The notes: generated by a model not told the origin, from the sequence alone. DNA of 63,650 bases, filler included, from Octopus bimaculoides (GCF_001194135.2; 8 parts of 8 records of this genome joined end to end with filler, not necessarily neighbours in it), one strand, 5' to 3'; counted from the whole stretch's first letter, positions 13,934-26,476 are shown. Program-made: numbers and translations.

Positions 13934-14824
13934 GGTGTCCCAAAAGTCACTGATGGGTTTTAATTCTTAATAACTTCCCTAACTTTACAAATAAATGTTT
14001 TAAAATTTGATACAATATAAAGGACATAATGGAAATTAATAGGCACAAGTCAAAGTTTGCAACACCACTACATCACATATAAAAAATGACATTGCTTAAA
14101 TGGCAACCATTTTCGGCTTTGCACATCTGTGCTCTTTCCGTAACACCTTCAAGAGTTTCAAACCCCACTTCTCTGATTTCTCTATTGATGTTCTCCTTCA
14201 GTTGCACCAGGGTTCCAGGTATCACCAGAAGAAAAAATCCAGGCTAGTCAAGCCTGGAGAAGATGAAGGCCAGTTGACATTGCCGTAGTGGGAGATTATT
14301 CTCTCTCCAAAGCACTGCTGTAGCAACTGCATCGTTTCTCTTGTGGGATGAGCAGTTGCCCAANNNNNNNNNNGCATCGTTTCTCTTGTGGGATGAGCAG
14401 TTGCCCAATCTTGCTGGAACCATGTGTGAGGTCTACTTTGAATGGCCTTCACGTTCCCCAGACTTGACTAACCTGAATTTTTTCTTGTGGAGATACATAA
14501 AAGAGAGGGTTTACGTGAACAAACCAGACACCCTGCTGCAACTGAAAGAGAACATCAATAGAGAAATCCAAGAAGTGGGATCTAAATCTCTTGAGGGTGT
14601 TATGGTGCAAGTTTTGGAAAGAGCACGGGCATGCAAAGCCGAAAATGGCTGCCATTTAAGTGATGTCATTTTTCATGTGTGATGTAATGGTGTTGCCAAA
14701 TTCGACTTGTGCATATTAATTTCCATTACATCCTTTATATTGTATCAAAATTTTATGCATTTATTTGTTAAGTTAAAGAAGTTATTAGAAACTGAAACCC
14801 ATCAGTGACTTTTAGGACACCCTG
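13931..14824. mobile_element. Palindromic (foldback) Tc1/mariner derivative made of two inverted transposase 3' ends
   Basis: TIRs cagggtgtccYaaaagtcactgatgggttt flanked by TA at 13929-30 and 14825-26. The right arm encodes WPSRSPDLTNLNFFLWRYIKERVYVNKP...NGCHLSDVIF on +; the left arm carries the same region on -. Confidence 0.92.
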
Positions 14825-15275
14825 TATGTATNNNNNNNNNNNNNNNNNNNNNNNNNNNNNNNNNNNNNNNNNNNNNNNNNNNNNNNNNNNNNNNNNNNNN
14901 NNNNNNNNNNNNNNNNNNNNNNNNNNNNNNNNNNNNNNNNNNNNNNNNNNNNNNNNNNNNNNNNNNNNNNNNNNNNNNNNNNNNNNNNNNNNNNNNNNNN
15001 NNNNNNNNNNNNNNNNNNNNNNNNNNNNNNNNNNNNNNNNNNNNNNNNNNNNNNNNNNNNNNNNNNNNNNNNNNNNNNNNNNNNNNNNNNNNNNNNNNNN
15101 NNNNNNNNNNNNNNNNNNNNNNNNNNNNNNNNNNNNNNNNNNNNNNNNNNNNNNNNNNNNNNNNNNNNNNNNNNNNNNNNNNNNNNNNNNNNNNNNNNNN
15201 NNNNNNNNNNNNNNNNNNNNNCCTGATAATTAATCGATATTAATTAATATATGACTAATTACCAGATTTTATAAT

Positions 15276-15318
<43 letters not shown>

Positions 15319-16195
15319 CATATATATATATACATGCTCAAGGTACTGTGCTGTAGAACTGAACTCAAAGCCACATGGATACAAATCAAACTTCTTAACC
15401 ACATGGTCAAGCCTGTGCCTGCATGAAATATTCAAGAAATTTGGACTAATTTAATTAATGAAGTGATGTATGCTTGTAATTGTAAATAAAATAGAAAAAA
15501 AGACTAAGCTGAGAAACAAGTTACTTAAAATTTATGTAATTCATCTTATTTTTGTGCAACCAACTAAATAACTAATTAACAGTTCAATGACATCTTTTAT
15601 TGATTTTATTACTAATAGTGCTGTTTTATTTAGTATTTGAATCAGTATTTTCTGTTTTATTTAGTACTTGAATCAGTATTTTCTACAATGAATAATAAGA
15701 ATCAAATTTAAGAATGTTCACCTAATCTTACATTTCAGGCAAATTCTATTCTTATTATTCACTAGCTGGCCCTGAGTCATTAAAAATGATGGTTAATTGT
15801 AGTATTTTATATATAAATATGTGGAGGCATGTGGCTTAGTGGTTAGGGTGTCAGCATCATGATCGTAAGATTGTGGTTTCGATTCCTGGACCAAGTGAAA
15901 CCGGGCTCATGAGCTTGGCTAGGCTTTAAAAGGGCGCATTTATTTTTTATTATATATAAATATGGATGGAAAATTAAATTAATACACTTGTCAATGTTAT
16001 CTAGTGGTTGTCTTTTGAGATGTGGCATCAATCACTATTTGTTACTATTTGTTACTGAAAGAATGCTGGTTCACATATACAAATATTCACATACTTCCCT
16101 TGTACACACACACACATACACTCACACAGAATTGAAACTCTGTTTGATTTTTCTTTTCAGCATTGAATGTTCACCATCCCATTTCCACTGCACTC

Positions 16196-16298
<103 letters not shown>

Positions 16299-17347
16299 CA
16301 TTCACATACCTCCCTTTTACATATACATACACTCACATAGAGTTGAAGCGCTCCCACTACCAGTTTACCATCACCCCTTCCTTACTTATTCATCTATCAC
16401 CACTTCCTTTCTCATTTATATGTTGTGACAGAGAAAAACACAAGAGTATTATTATAGTAAATTGTTTAAGAAACCGCCAATTACATATCAGGACTCAAAT
16501 TTAAATGAAAACAGGAGCACTCTGAGAGTGCAAACCTCTGCCAATGCAACACCAACGTCCTCTCAATGATTAACCGGAGATGATTTTTAAAATGAGAATA
16601 TTTGGAATAAAATCCTTCAATGAATATCACAAGACCTTTTGGTTTTCTCTTCTCTTAAATTCCGGTCTTCCTTCAGTAATGCTGTTGTTTTAGATTGATG
16701 TATAGAATTATGTACATATGTAAGTATACTGTAAAGTATTAAGATATATGTATAATCTCCTAATATAATAATGAGCATTGTCTTTTTATATATTTGTATA
16801 TTTATATATATAAATCTTTAGTTAAATATATTCAATGAGAATACTATATGCTGAATTTACATTGAGTGCTCTATTGTATCAAAGTATTAATACTATTAAA
16901 GCATCTATACATTTAATATGAGCAATTATATATACTATATAATATATTGTTAATAATATCAGGAAATCAGTATCAGAAAATTCTTCAGAAAGATATATAT
17001 GTATATAGAATAATTGTTGTATTAAAAATATAAATATATATCTAAATATATGTAAATATGTATAAGTATAAATATATAATAATAAATATGACAGTTTGAA
17101 AGTTTCGAATTAAGTTTTTAAAGCATCTTACGATCGTTTCACAAAAGTGTTGTCCCTATTATGGAATCCTGTATTGATAAGCATTTATAGACAACACTTC
17201 TGCTCCTCAGAGATATAAAATGTGAAATTTGTATAATTTATCAAATGGTAGTTTTTTAGAAATATGAAGTAATATGGGAAAATGGTGTTTGTTTGAAATA
17301 TAAGTTAAAAATTAGAGAGACGCTGTCATCTGTTGGTTATTATTATC

Positions 17348-17580
17348 AAAGGTGGTGAGCTGGTAGCATCATTAGCACACAGGGAAAAATGCATAGCAAC
17401 ATTTTGTCCATCTTTTCCTTCTGAGTTCAAATTCTGCTGTGATCCACTTTGCCTTTCATCCTTTCAGGGTGGATGAAACAAATACCAGTTGAATAGTGGG
17501 AGCAAGTGTAATTGACTTTACCTCCACTGAAATTGCTGGCCTTGTGCCAACATTTGAAACAATCATCATTATTGTTGTTT
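17348..17580 (+). mobile_element. SINE family C (other copies ~5040-5200 +, ~12040-12230 +, ~17617-17845 -, ~47130-47340 +, ~47480-47590 +, ~52065-52240 -)
   Basis: Shared core ttctgagttcaaattc..ccgaggtcgactttgcctttcatcct..ggggtcgataaattaagtaccag across copies. Confidence 0.85.
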
Positions 17581-18039
17581 TACTTCTCAGGACGTTTGGT
17601 CTTGTTTGTTCTGATAGATTCCTATTTCTTCATTGCCCACAAGAGGCTAAACATAGAGGGGACAAACAAGGACAGACAAAGGGATTAAGTCAATTACATC
17701 GACCCCATAACTGGTACTTAATTTATCGACCCCGAAAGGATGAAAGGTAAAGTCGACCTCGGCAGAATTTGAACTCAGAACGTAACAGCAGACGAAATAT
17801 TGCTAAGCATTTTGCCCGGCGTGATAACATTTCTGCCAGCTCATCATCATCATCATCTATGAGAGTGGNNNNNNNNNNNNNNNNNNNNNNNNNNNNNNNN
17901 NNNNNNNNNNNNTTAATTAATTAANNNNNNNNNNNNNNNNNNNNNNNNNNNNNNNNNNNNNNNNNNNNTTCTCTACAGAGATGTTGACTCTCTCTGTGCC
18001 CCTTTCTGGCCCTCTTCCTCTATGGAGCAGGTCGTAAAC

Positions 18040-18330
18040 CTTTCCTGGCATGTATAAAAGATGTTTTTTACGTGCCACCTGCATGGGAGCCAGTCCAGCG
18101 GCACTGTCAACGACCTCACTCAAATGATTTTCTAACGTGCCACCAGCACAAGTGCTAGAAAGCAACGCTGGTAATGATTATGCTCAAATGGTGCTATTTA
18201 TGGGCCACTAGCACAGAAGCCAGACAGCTGCTCTGGCAGTGAGCACACTTGGACAGTGCTGTTAGTGCTCCACTGGCACAGGTGCCAGTCATCAAGTATG
18301 ATTCAATTACGATTTCACTTGCCCCAACAG
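18040..18330 (-). mobile_element. SINE-like family D (other copies ~27735-27890 +, ~37735-37990 +, ~42680-42830 -, ~43505-43718 -, 63596-63650 +)
   Basis: Copies share gtggttggYgttaggaagggcatcc...ccaacccatgcYagcat and/or ttttacgtgcca motifs, ending in (GAT/GAC)n. Confidence 0.7.
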
Positions 18331-18504
18331 GTCTTAGTCGGGTTTCTTTCAGTTTCCATCTACCAAATCCATTCACAAGACTTTGGTCAGCCTGAGGCTA
18401 TAGTAGAAGACACTTGCCCAAGGTTTCACACAGTGGGAATGAACCCGGAACCATGTGGTTGGTAAGCAAGCTACTTTATTTCAATAAATTTCGCCATTAA
18501 CGGT

Positions 18505-20700
18505 ATTACATAGAGGGGACAAACAAAGTCAGACAAACATGAAGTAGCTGCAGGCTGGACATGGACATTAATGAGATGAGGGTGATAAGGATGAAACAAA
18601 TAATGAGAGAGGCACCATTGCCCGCCGACTGATAACCCCTCGAAAACGTTGTTCTTTTTTTCCTTTTAAAATTACAATTATTCCACAATTTCTATATATT
18701 AACAATTTCAATATATTAACAATTAAAAATATCACAATTTTCCTCATTCCACCCCTCCGCAAGCAGATATGCTGCCCCGGCTAAACAAGTGTCTATTGTT
18801 AGGCTTGAATTTGCGGCAAGGTAGAAGAAATCTTTATGGTTATATTTTTCTATGACTTTTGCCAATATGTTGTCATTTAGAACCTTCGCAGTCACCTGCA
18901 GAGGCCATGTGGAACTACTCGCACAATCCGAGTAGCTCCTATCTTGGCTGCACTCGCGGTCCAAGAATTCATTCACCGCCCCTCCCTCATAGTACATGGT
19001 AATATAATCATTATCCTCACTGGGAGGGATGTCAGCCACTCTGTCATCGGCGCAATTCCCGGTGGCAGAGTTTTCCTCTCCGGGGGCACACTTCTCATCG
19101 GAGAGGCCTCAGGTTCGGTCGGCAGCACGTCCGCCGACCGTCTCCTGTTTCTCCTTTTCTTTTTTTTTCTTTTACCGGTTGCAGGGTTCAGGGCATCCTT
19201 TGGCNNNNNNNNNNNNNNNNNNNNNNNNNNNNNNNNNNNNNNNNNNNNNNNNNNNNNNNNNNNNNNNNNNNNNNNNNNNNNNNNNNNNNNNNNNNNNNNN
19301 NNNNNNNNNNNNNNNNNNNNNNNNNNNNNNNNNNNNNNNNNNNNNNNNNNNNNNNNNNNNNNNNNNNNNNNNNNNNNNNNNNNNNNNNNNNNNNNNNNNN
19401 NNNNNNNNNNNNNNNNNNNNNNNNNNNNNNNNNNNNNNNNNNNNNNNNNNNNNNNNNNNNNNNNNNNNNNNNNNNNNNNNNNNNNNNNNNNNNNNNNNNN
19501 NNNNNNNNNNNNNNNNNNNNNNNNNNNNNNNNNNNNNNNNNNNNNNNNNNNNNNNNNNNNNNNNNNNNNNNNNNNNNNNNNNNNNNNNNNNNNNNNNNNN
19601 NNNNNNNNNNNNNNNNNNNNNNNNNNNNNNNNNNNNNNNNNNNNNNNNNNNNNNNNNNNNNNNNNNNNNNNNNNNNNNNNNNNNNNNNNNNNNNNNNNNN
19701 NNNNNNNNNNNNNNNNNNNNNNNNNNNNNNNNNNNNNNNNNNNNNNNNNNNNNNNNNNNNNNNNNNNNNNNNNNNNNNNNNNNNNNNNNATATGTGGGCA
19801 GAAACAAAATTTCTTTGCCCTCAATGAGCCCACTCGCAAATTTGTGAGCTTCACTCGGGGAGTCAAAAAGGAACCACACGGTTGCATATTTGACTCCCCT
19901 TGAAATATATTTAAAGTTGGCATTAACATTCGTAAGTTCCTTTTCAATAATAGTTTGAGGAAAGACAGTGACGCTATCCAACACCTTTGAGTAGGTTCGG
20001 AGCATCACTGTTCTTTCCTCCATTTCTTTCAACCACTGCTTGGGTGGGCACAGTTCCCACTCCAAGACAGTGTTGCCCTTTTTTGCCATGCTTGCAAAAA
20101 AAAAAAAAGTTCAAATGTTCAACAAAAAAGTTCAGAAAATAGTTCACAAACAAGTTCAATCAAAAAGTTCACAAAAACAAACTAAATATAGAAAGAACAG
20201 AAAGACAGAGCAGAGAAAAGGAAAGAAGGAAGACAGTTCAAGTCACAGCAACACAATTCCGGCCACCCGGAATACCTATAGGTATTCCAATAAAGGCATT
20301 CCAATAAAGGTACTCCAAAATAAAAGTATTCCAGTAAAGGTAATCCAGGACCACAGCAGCAGGAACACAAAAAAATCCTTCACAAATTGTTAGAATTTTC
20401 ACGAGTTTTTCGGAGGCGAGATACGCCCACAAAAACAATTGTCGCAAAGTGAGACACAAAAAGTTTCCACAAGAAAAAATAAATTCTCAGTCCGCCGTTA
20501 TGTTGACTCAACCACGCCCACCAATAACGACGAACGAGAAACACAATTTGCTCACTAAATGAGCAACAACTTAAAGCCGCCGAAAGCAAACGGAACTGCC
20601 CCAGAGCTATACGAAATTTACTGAAAAATATTGAAACACAATAAATTACACACAGCTCAAAAAACAATTCCACCTACCTCGGTCGACTTCACACATTTTC
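18505..20700 (-). mobile_element. L1/Tx1-like element: CpG-rich 5'UTR, ORF1 and 3' tail, with no ORF2 seen
   Basis: Unique ORF from ATG 20089 (MAKKGNTVLEWELCPPKQW...) continues across the gap into a basic C-terminal part (KRKKKKRRNRRRS). The 3' end tgtttgtcccctctatgt is shared with SINE tails. Family assignment is from recall. Confidence 0.55.
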
Positions 20701-20849
20701 AATTTTGGATGGCGTCAAACACATGTCCACTTGGTTCAAGCAGCTACTGCAATGCACAAAACCAGAAGCTAGCTACCGGAAGTAAGCTAGCTACTTACCA
20801 CACAGCCACTTCTGTGCACTTGCAAGTAGTTATGCCTGATAAGTTCTTC

Positions 20850-22460
20850 AGATCTACACAACAAAATGGCAACTATTGACAGCATCAACATAGAGGAAAC
20901 CGATGTGATGTTAGCCATTGATGAGATGAGCTCAAACTCAGCAACAGGCCCTGATGGATTCCCCGCAATCCTCCTAAAGAAATGCAAAGGCACTCTAGCT
21001 AGACCACTTCAGATTCTCTTCCAGAGCTTCCTCAAAACAAGAAGACTTCCCAAAAAGTTAAAGAAAGGCATTATATACCCTATCCATAAGGGAGGTAGCA
21101 GAGCAGGTGCTAAGAATTTTAGACCTGTCTCTCTAACTTCCCATTTCAGCAAAGTCATGGAACACATTGTCAGGAAGAAACTATTTGTGTTCCTTGAAGA
21201 TAAGTTGCTTCCTGATACCCAGCATGGCTTTCACTCAGGCAGAAGCTCCCTTACACAGCTTTTGCAACACTATGACTGGGTGTTGAAACAATTAATGAAT
21301 CACTGAAATGTAGCTGTGATATTTCTCAACTTTGCAAAGGTCTTTAATAGGTTGATCATGGGATGATATGTCACAAACTACGGAGACTCGGCATAACCGG
21401 GAAAATCAGAGAGTGGTTGCATGACTTCTTAAAAGACAGAAGCCCTCTCCACGGAGACATTAATAGAAAGTGGAGTGCCTCAGGGAATTGTATTGGGGCC
21501 ACTACATGGTAGCTCTTTCAGACATGCCATCAGTTACACAGACAGCCACACTTACTAGATATGCCAATGACACAAAATTAGTATAAGCAGTCAAGGAATC
21601 TTCTGATGCTAATCCTCTACAGAAAGACGTAGATGCCATATATAAATGGGCTGAGGACAACATGCAATTTAATGCAGGCAAATTCCAAGCCTTCAGCTAT
21701 CAGCTAATTGGTGCTCAGAAGTCACAACGTTGATACTTTAGACCAAGAGCAGCAATCCTAGAATCACATACGGTGCATGACCTTGGGATTGATATGAGCA
21801 ACGATGCTTTGTTTCACATGCATGTCACCAAGATGTTGGCAGTGTGCAGGCGAATGGCCTGTTGGATTGTGAGAACCTTCAGAACAAGGGACCAGGAAAC
21901 TCTGCTGGTTCTATGGAGGACATTTGTGATACTACACAAGGAAGATTGCATTAATGGAACAGCTGAGCTACTGGAAGAAACTGAAAGAGCTACAACTCTA
22001 CTCTCTGGAGTGAAAACAAGAGAGGTAGGCAGTGATATATGTATGGAAGATACTGGAGGAGCTGGCACCAGACTTTGGAATTGAGTGTTATACTAGAACT
22101 CGAAATGGACGTCACTGCACTGTTCCAAAAGTCCCAGCTGTCTCATCTAAGGTGAGGACCATGTACTGCAGTAGCTTGGGATTCAAGGGCCCACAGCTAT
22201 TTAACTCCTCACCAAAATGTATGAGAGACTTCCATGAAGTGGGAGTAGATGTTTTCAAGAGACAACTTGACCTCTTACTATATAAGATCCCATATGAACG
22301 AATATCAAGGCAGGAAGCTCAAAAGAGGGCAGTGGTATTGAACTCCTTCCATCACCAGAAGCCAAACCCATAGAATTGGCCAATTAAAAGTTGATTACAA
22401 AGGCAGTGCCCCAGCATGGCTGTAGCCTCAAGGATGAAACGTATAAAGCAGTAAAAGAAT
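20850..22460 (+). mobile_element. 5'-truncated, decayed CR1/L2-superfamily LINE (RT ORF2)
   Basis: SATGPDGFP..LLKKC, IYPIHKGGSR..AKNFRPVSLTSHFSKVME, QHGFHSGRSSLTQLL, SGVPQG, then FKGPQLFNS..FKRQLD; multiple stops and frameshifts. Confidence 0.93.
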
Positions 22461-22899
22461 ATGTTTANNNNNNNNNNNNNNNNNNNNNNNNNNNNNNNNN
22501 NNNNNNNNNNNNNNNNNNNNNNNNNNNNNNNNNNNNNNNNNNNNNNNNNATATATATATATATAGCTCGAAAAAAACCTTTATTAATACACAAAACATAA
22601 ACATTGTGTCGTATTAAGCAGCAAATGTTATTACAAAAATTTGAGAAGTAGTTCCAAATCTTTCACTGCCTTGTAAATATCCATCTCTTAGGAAAAACTG
22701 AATAAGGATCTTTGTGCACATCAGTTCTCTTCTCTCTGTTTTGTTTTTGACTTACGAGATTGATTATTGTTGATATTTTAAAATTTTGTTATTCCTACTT
22801 TAGCAGCCTTTCCGTAGTTAAAGATAGGCACATATTTATTTATTTATATTCCCTATCCAAGTTGATTATTTTCAGGAGTTTGCAAACCAGACGGCCATC

Positions 22900-23280
22900 A
22901 TGTCATTTCTCTCTCACTTTTTCTCACTTCTCTCCATGACACCATCTTTTTTTGTTCTCTCTTTCCATATTTCTTCTCTCTAAATATATAGACACCTCCT
23001 CTCTCTATCTCTTTACTTAACTCCATCACACCATCTTTCTTCATCACACCGCCTTTTCTTCATTTCTCTCCTCTTCCCTCTAAATAAATAGACACTCTTT
23101 CTTTACTTCATTCCATCACACCATCTTTCTACTTTCAGCCCCTCAATCTCTCTTTCCTTTGTTTCTCTCTTTCTCTTCACTTCTCTCCAACATAGTCTTT
23201 CTTCTCTTAGCCCCTCAATCTCTCTAAACATAAAGACACACTCTCTCTCTCTCTATTTCTCCACTACCCTCCATCACACC
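22900..23280. repeat. CT-rich degenerate tandem repeat, three units
   Basis: ctctaaaYaWaWagacac...ccatcacacc recurs at ~22978, ~23078 and ~23222. Confidence 0.65.
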
Positions 23281-24050
23281 GTTAAAACAAAATGTCCAGA
23301 AACTAGAGGAGCATGGAACTGACATTGTTTCTGAGAGCCTGGCGTTGTGCTGAAGAAGATAACCCAAACAATATCATTACAGCTGCACTGAAGAGCAATG
23401 GCTACTCAAGAACTTTAGCACAGATAGAGTGAAAGAAGCAGGAGTTTATATGCTCCTTTGCTCTCATTAGATCTCACATCAGCACCCTTGATGCCATCTT
23501 TGATAATGAACAGAGCAAAGATGACTAGGATAGAGGCACAGATGTAGGTGAAAGATATTCCCCCCACTTGGTAGACACTCAAGGAAACAAAGAAGAAAGT
23601 ATAAGCAAGAAACCTGCCAGGAAAGAAAACTCAAGTGCAAGTGCCACTACCACTGTCAAAGTGAAAAACCGAAGAGGTGAATAAGCCAAGAAAAGACAAT
23701 AAAAATTAGCAAAAACAAAAACAATGGATGAAACTGCCAAAGAAAGAAGCAAGTCTGACTGCCTATACCACAAAAAAGATTAAAAGAGACAACACGCACG
23801 AATATGTAAATTCTACTTGAAAGGTAGAGGTGGGGTGCCAACTACCATTTTACACACAAAAGACCATATATGGAATCACCAAGCCCCAAATCCTCAGATC
23901 AGTTTGACTACAAATGCGAGAAAGTTCTCTGAAAAAGTTAAGAAGGGATTTTTTTTTAATCTCCACACCCAAGTTAACAAAGAACTTACTAGATCTATGA
24001 ACTAAAATTTATATAAAAAATAAATTTAACTGATTAGAACTACCAGTGAA
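23280..24050 (+). mobile_element. Possible LINE ORF1 remnant (CCCH-like ICKFYLKGR motif)
   Basis: Purine-rich, decayed coding-like sequence; HARICKFYLKGR at ~23790-23830. Confidence 0.35.
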
Positions 24051-24841
24051 GTNNNNNNNNNNNNNNNNNNNNNNNNNNNNNNNNNNNNNNNNNNNNNNNN
24101 NNNNNNNNNNNNNNNNNNNNNNNNNNNNNNNNNNNNNNNNNNNNNNNNNNNNNNNNNNNNNNNNNNNNNNNNNNNNNNNNNNNNNNNNNNNNNNNNNNNN
24201 NNNNNNNNNNNNNNNNNNNNNNNNNNNNNNNNNNNNNNNNNNNNNNNNNNNNNNNNNNNNNNNNNNNNNNNNNNNNNNNNNNNNNNNNNNNNNNNNNNNN
24301 NNNNNNNNNNNNNNNNNNNNNNNNNNNNNNNNNNNNNNNNNNNNNNNNNNNNNNNNNNNNNNNNNNNNNNNNNNNNNNNNNNNNNNNNNNNNNNNNNNNN
24401 NNNNNNNNNNNNNNNNNNNNNNNNNNNNNNNNNNNNNNNNNNNNNNNNNNNNNNNNNNNNNNNNNNNNNNNNNNNNNNNNNNNNNNNNNNNNNNNNNNNN
24501 NNNNNNNNNNNNNNNNNNNNNNNNNNNNNNNNNNNNNNNNNNNNNNNNNNNNNNNNACAAATTAAATTTGTTCCATGGAGGATAGTGGTGGACGGAAAAC
24601 AAGACAGGAAAAAGAAACGGTGAAATAAACAAACAAAAAGGCTATACAGCCAGACGTGGAAAAGTATGTGTATATTGAACGCTGTGAAGCACGAACTGGA
24701 AGAACGAAAATGTATGTGTGAGCTTGGGGAGACCAAGAATGAAAAGAATTAGTAGCTGGACACATGTGACCAGCGAGGGGTAGGGAGAAAGAGTGGTAGA
24801 GGGAGAAAAAGGGGAGGAAGTAGAATATAAGTGAGCAACGA

Positions 24842-24883
<42 letters not shown>

Positions 24884-25173
24884 GATAGTAGTGATGAGGA
24901 GAGGCAAAGAACAGTAGAAGGAAGAATGAGAGGAGGAGATAGATACAAAAATAGAAAGAGTCGCGTCAGAAAAATAAAGTTCAAAACTTACTTGCAAAGG
25001 TAACGCGTGCATTCGATCGTGTGATACAAATAATATATGAGTATATGCATATATATGTACATGTATGTACATACCTTCATCTACATGTATATATAGATGC
25101 ATATCTGGGTACATGACGTTATATATATATACACACACACACACTCATATAGACACCCATATGCATATATATG

Positions 25174-25215
<42 letters not shown>

Positions 25216-26416
25216 CACAAATGTATTTAAAAAGCTAAGAAAAAATAATGAATTAAAAAAATATATATAAAATAAGTGAGAGAAAACCAGTCTATTACTA
25301 ATTATTACTGTAGAGTGCCGTCCAAGTAAGACAAGTACAGTTTGAATATGCTAAACACATTTTTTCCTTCATCATTTTCATGTCAAAATAAACTTCTTCC
25401 ATCAAAAATTATATATCATTTGAAAGTTCTGGATGTGAACTTTCTTCTTATATAGTTATTTCCACAAATTTACAAAGTTTGTCTTTTTTTTTTTTTCTTT
25501 TTACTGCTGAATAGTAGCCCCCATTCTAGTTCAGTGTGCTGGAGTGCTCTAACTTGAGTTGTGTCGAAAGTTATGCAGTCATGTAGAGGAATGTTTTTTA
25601 TTTTGATATAAAAATTGTTGGGGGTTGTTCAGATAAACATTACAAAATATAAAAGTGAAAAATTTATTGTTAGTTTTCACTTAGAAAAGAATATATTTTC
25701 TTCAAGACTTTTTACATCATAAGAAAAAAAACTTCTCGTGAATTCAATATGGTTATTATTGAATCTAGCCATGATATGGCAAAAAAACATAAAGTCAATA
25801 AAATGAGTGGTATATTGACCTACTTGCCATACTGAGAAGAAGTAAAATGGATTGCAAATCCAAAGCTTCAAATATTGAGTTAGAGCCAGAATTTCAAGAA
25901 ATGGACAAACTAATTACTAAGTTAACATGTATTTCTACAAAAAAATACACTGAATTGAAATACAGGTAGAAGAGATGTCAGATATATAACAAGGGTTATT
26001 ATTTTTAGACGTCTCATAAAATTGTACATTCAGTACTACTTGTGTGAACTTTTACACTAGCTAAAGAATGAAATGTTTCAAACAAGATTCGTTTTCAAAA
26101 GAGATTATATGTATCAAGGTTCTTTGTAAATCCTCTTAGACTTTTTAAAGTAATTGAAATTTTCACATTTAACCTTTGTATTAATTGTTGCAGCTAGCTG
26201 TTATCTTATTACTAATGCTATGCTGTATCCATGTTCAGAGTATTTAACTGTTGCAGTAACAGGTGCTATATGAAACTATAGATCTCTGACCTAAGTACTG
26301 TATTTTAAGGTGTTATAAGCTTATAGGGATTGTCTCTTGATTCCAAAACTTATCAAGTGTATTTTGTTATATCTATTTTTGCATATCTATTTAACAGTGT
26401 TTCATTTTGCTTTCAG

Positions 26417-26476
26417 TTGGAACATTCCTTTCATTATCTTGACATCCAATCTATAGAAAGTCCGAATCCAAACAGG
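26417..26476 (+). CDS. CARMIL: CARMIL-family exon (PH-like domain), LEHSFHYLDIQSIESPNPNR
   Basis: ttttgctttcag acceptor and AGG|gtaaga donor; 60 nt, phase 0-0. Peptide aligns by recall to human CARMIL1 [20 protein letters not shown] and splices in frame to the next exon. Confidence 0.85.

Noticed and set aside
14327-14409. 35-bp direct repeat
   Set aside because: Identical copies flank a 10-N gap, indicating an unmerged contig overlap.
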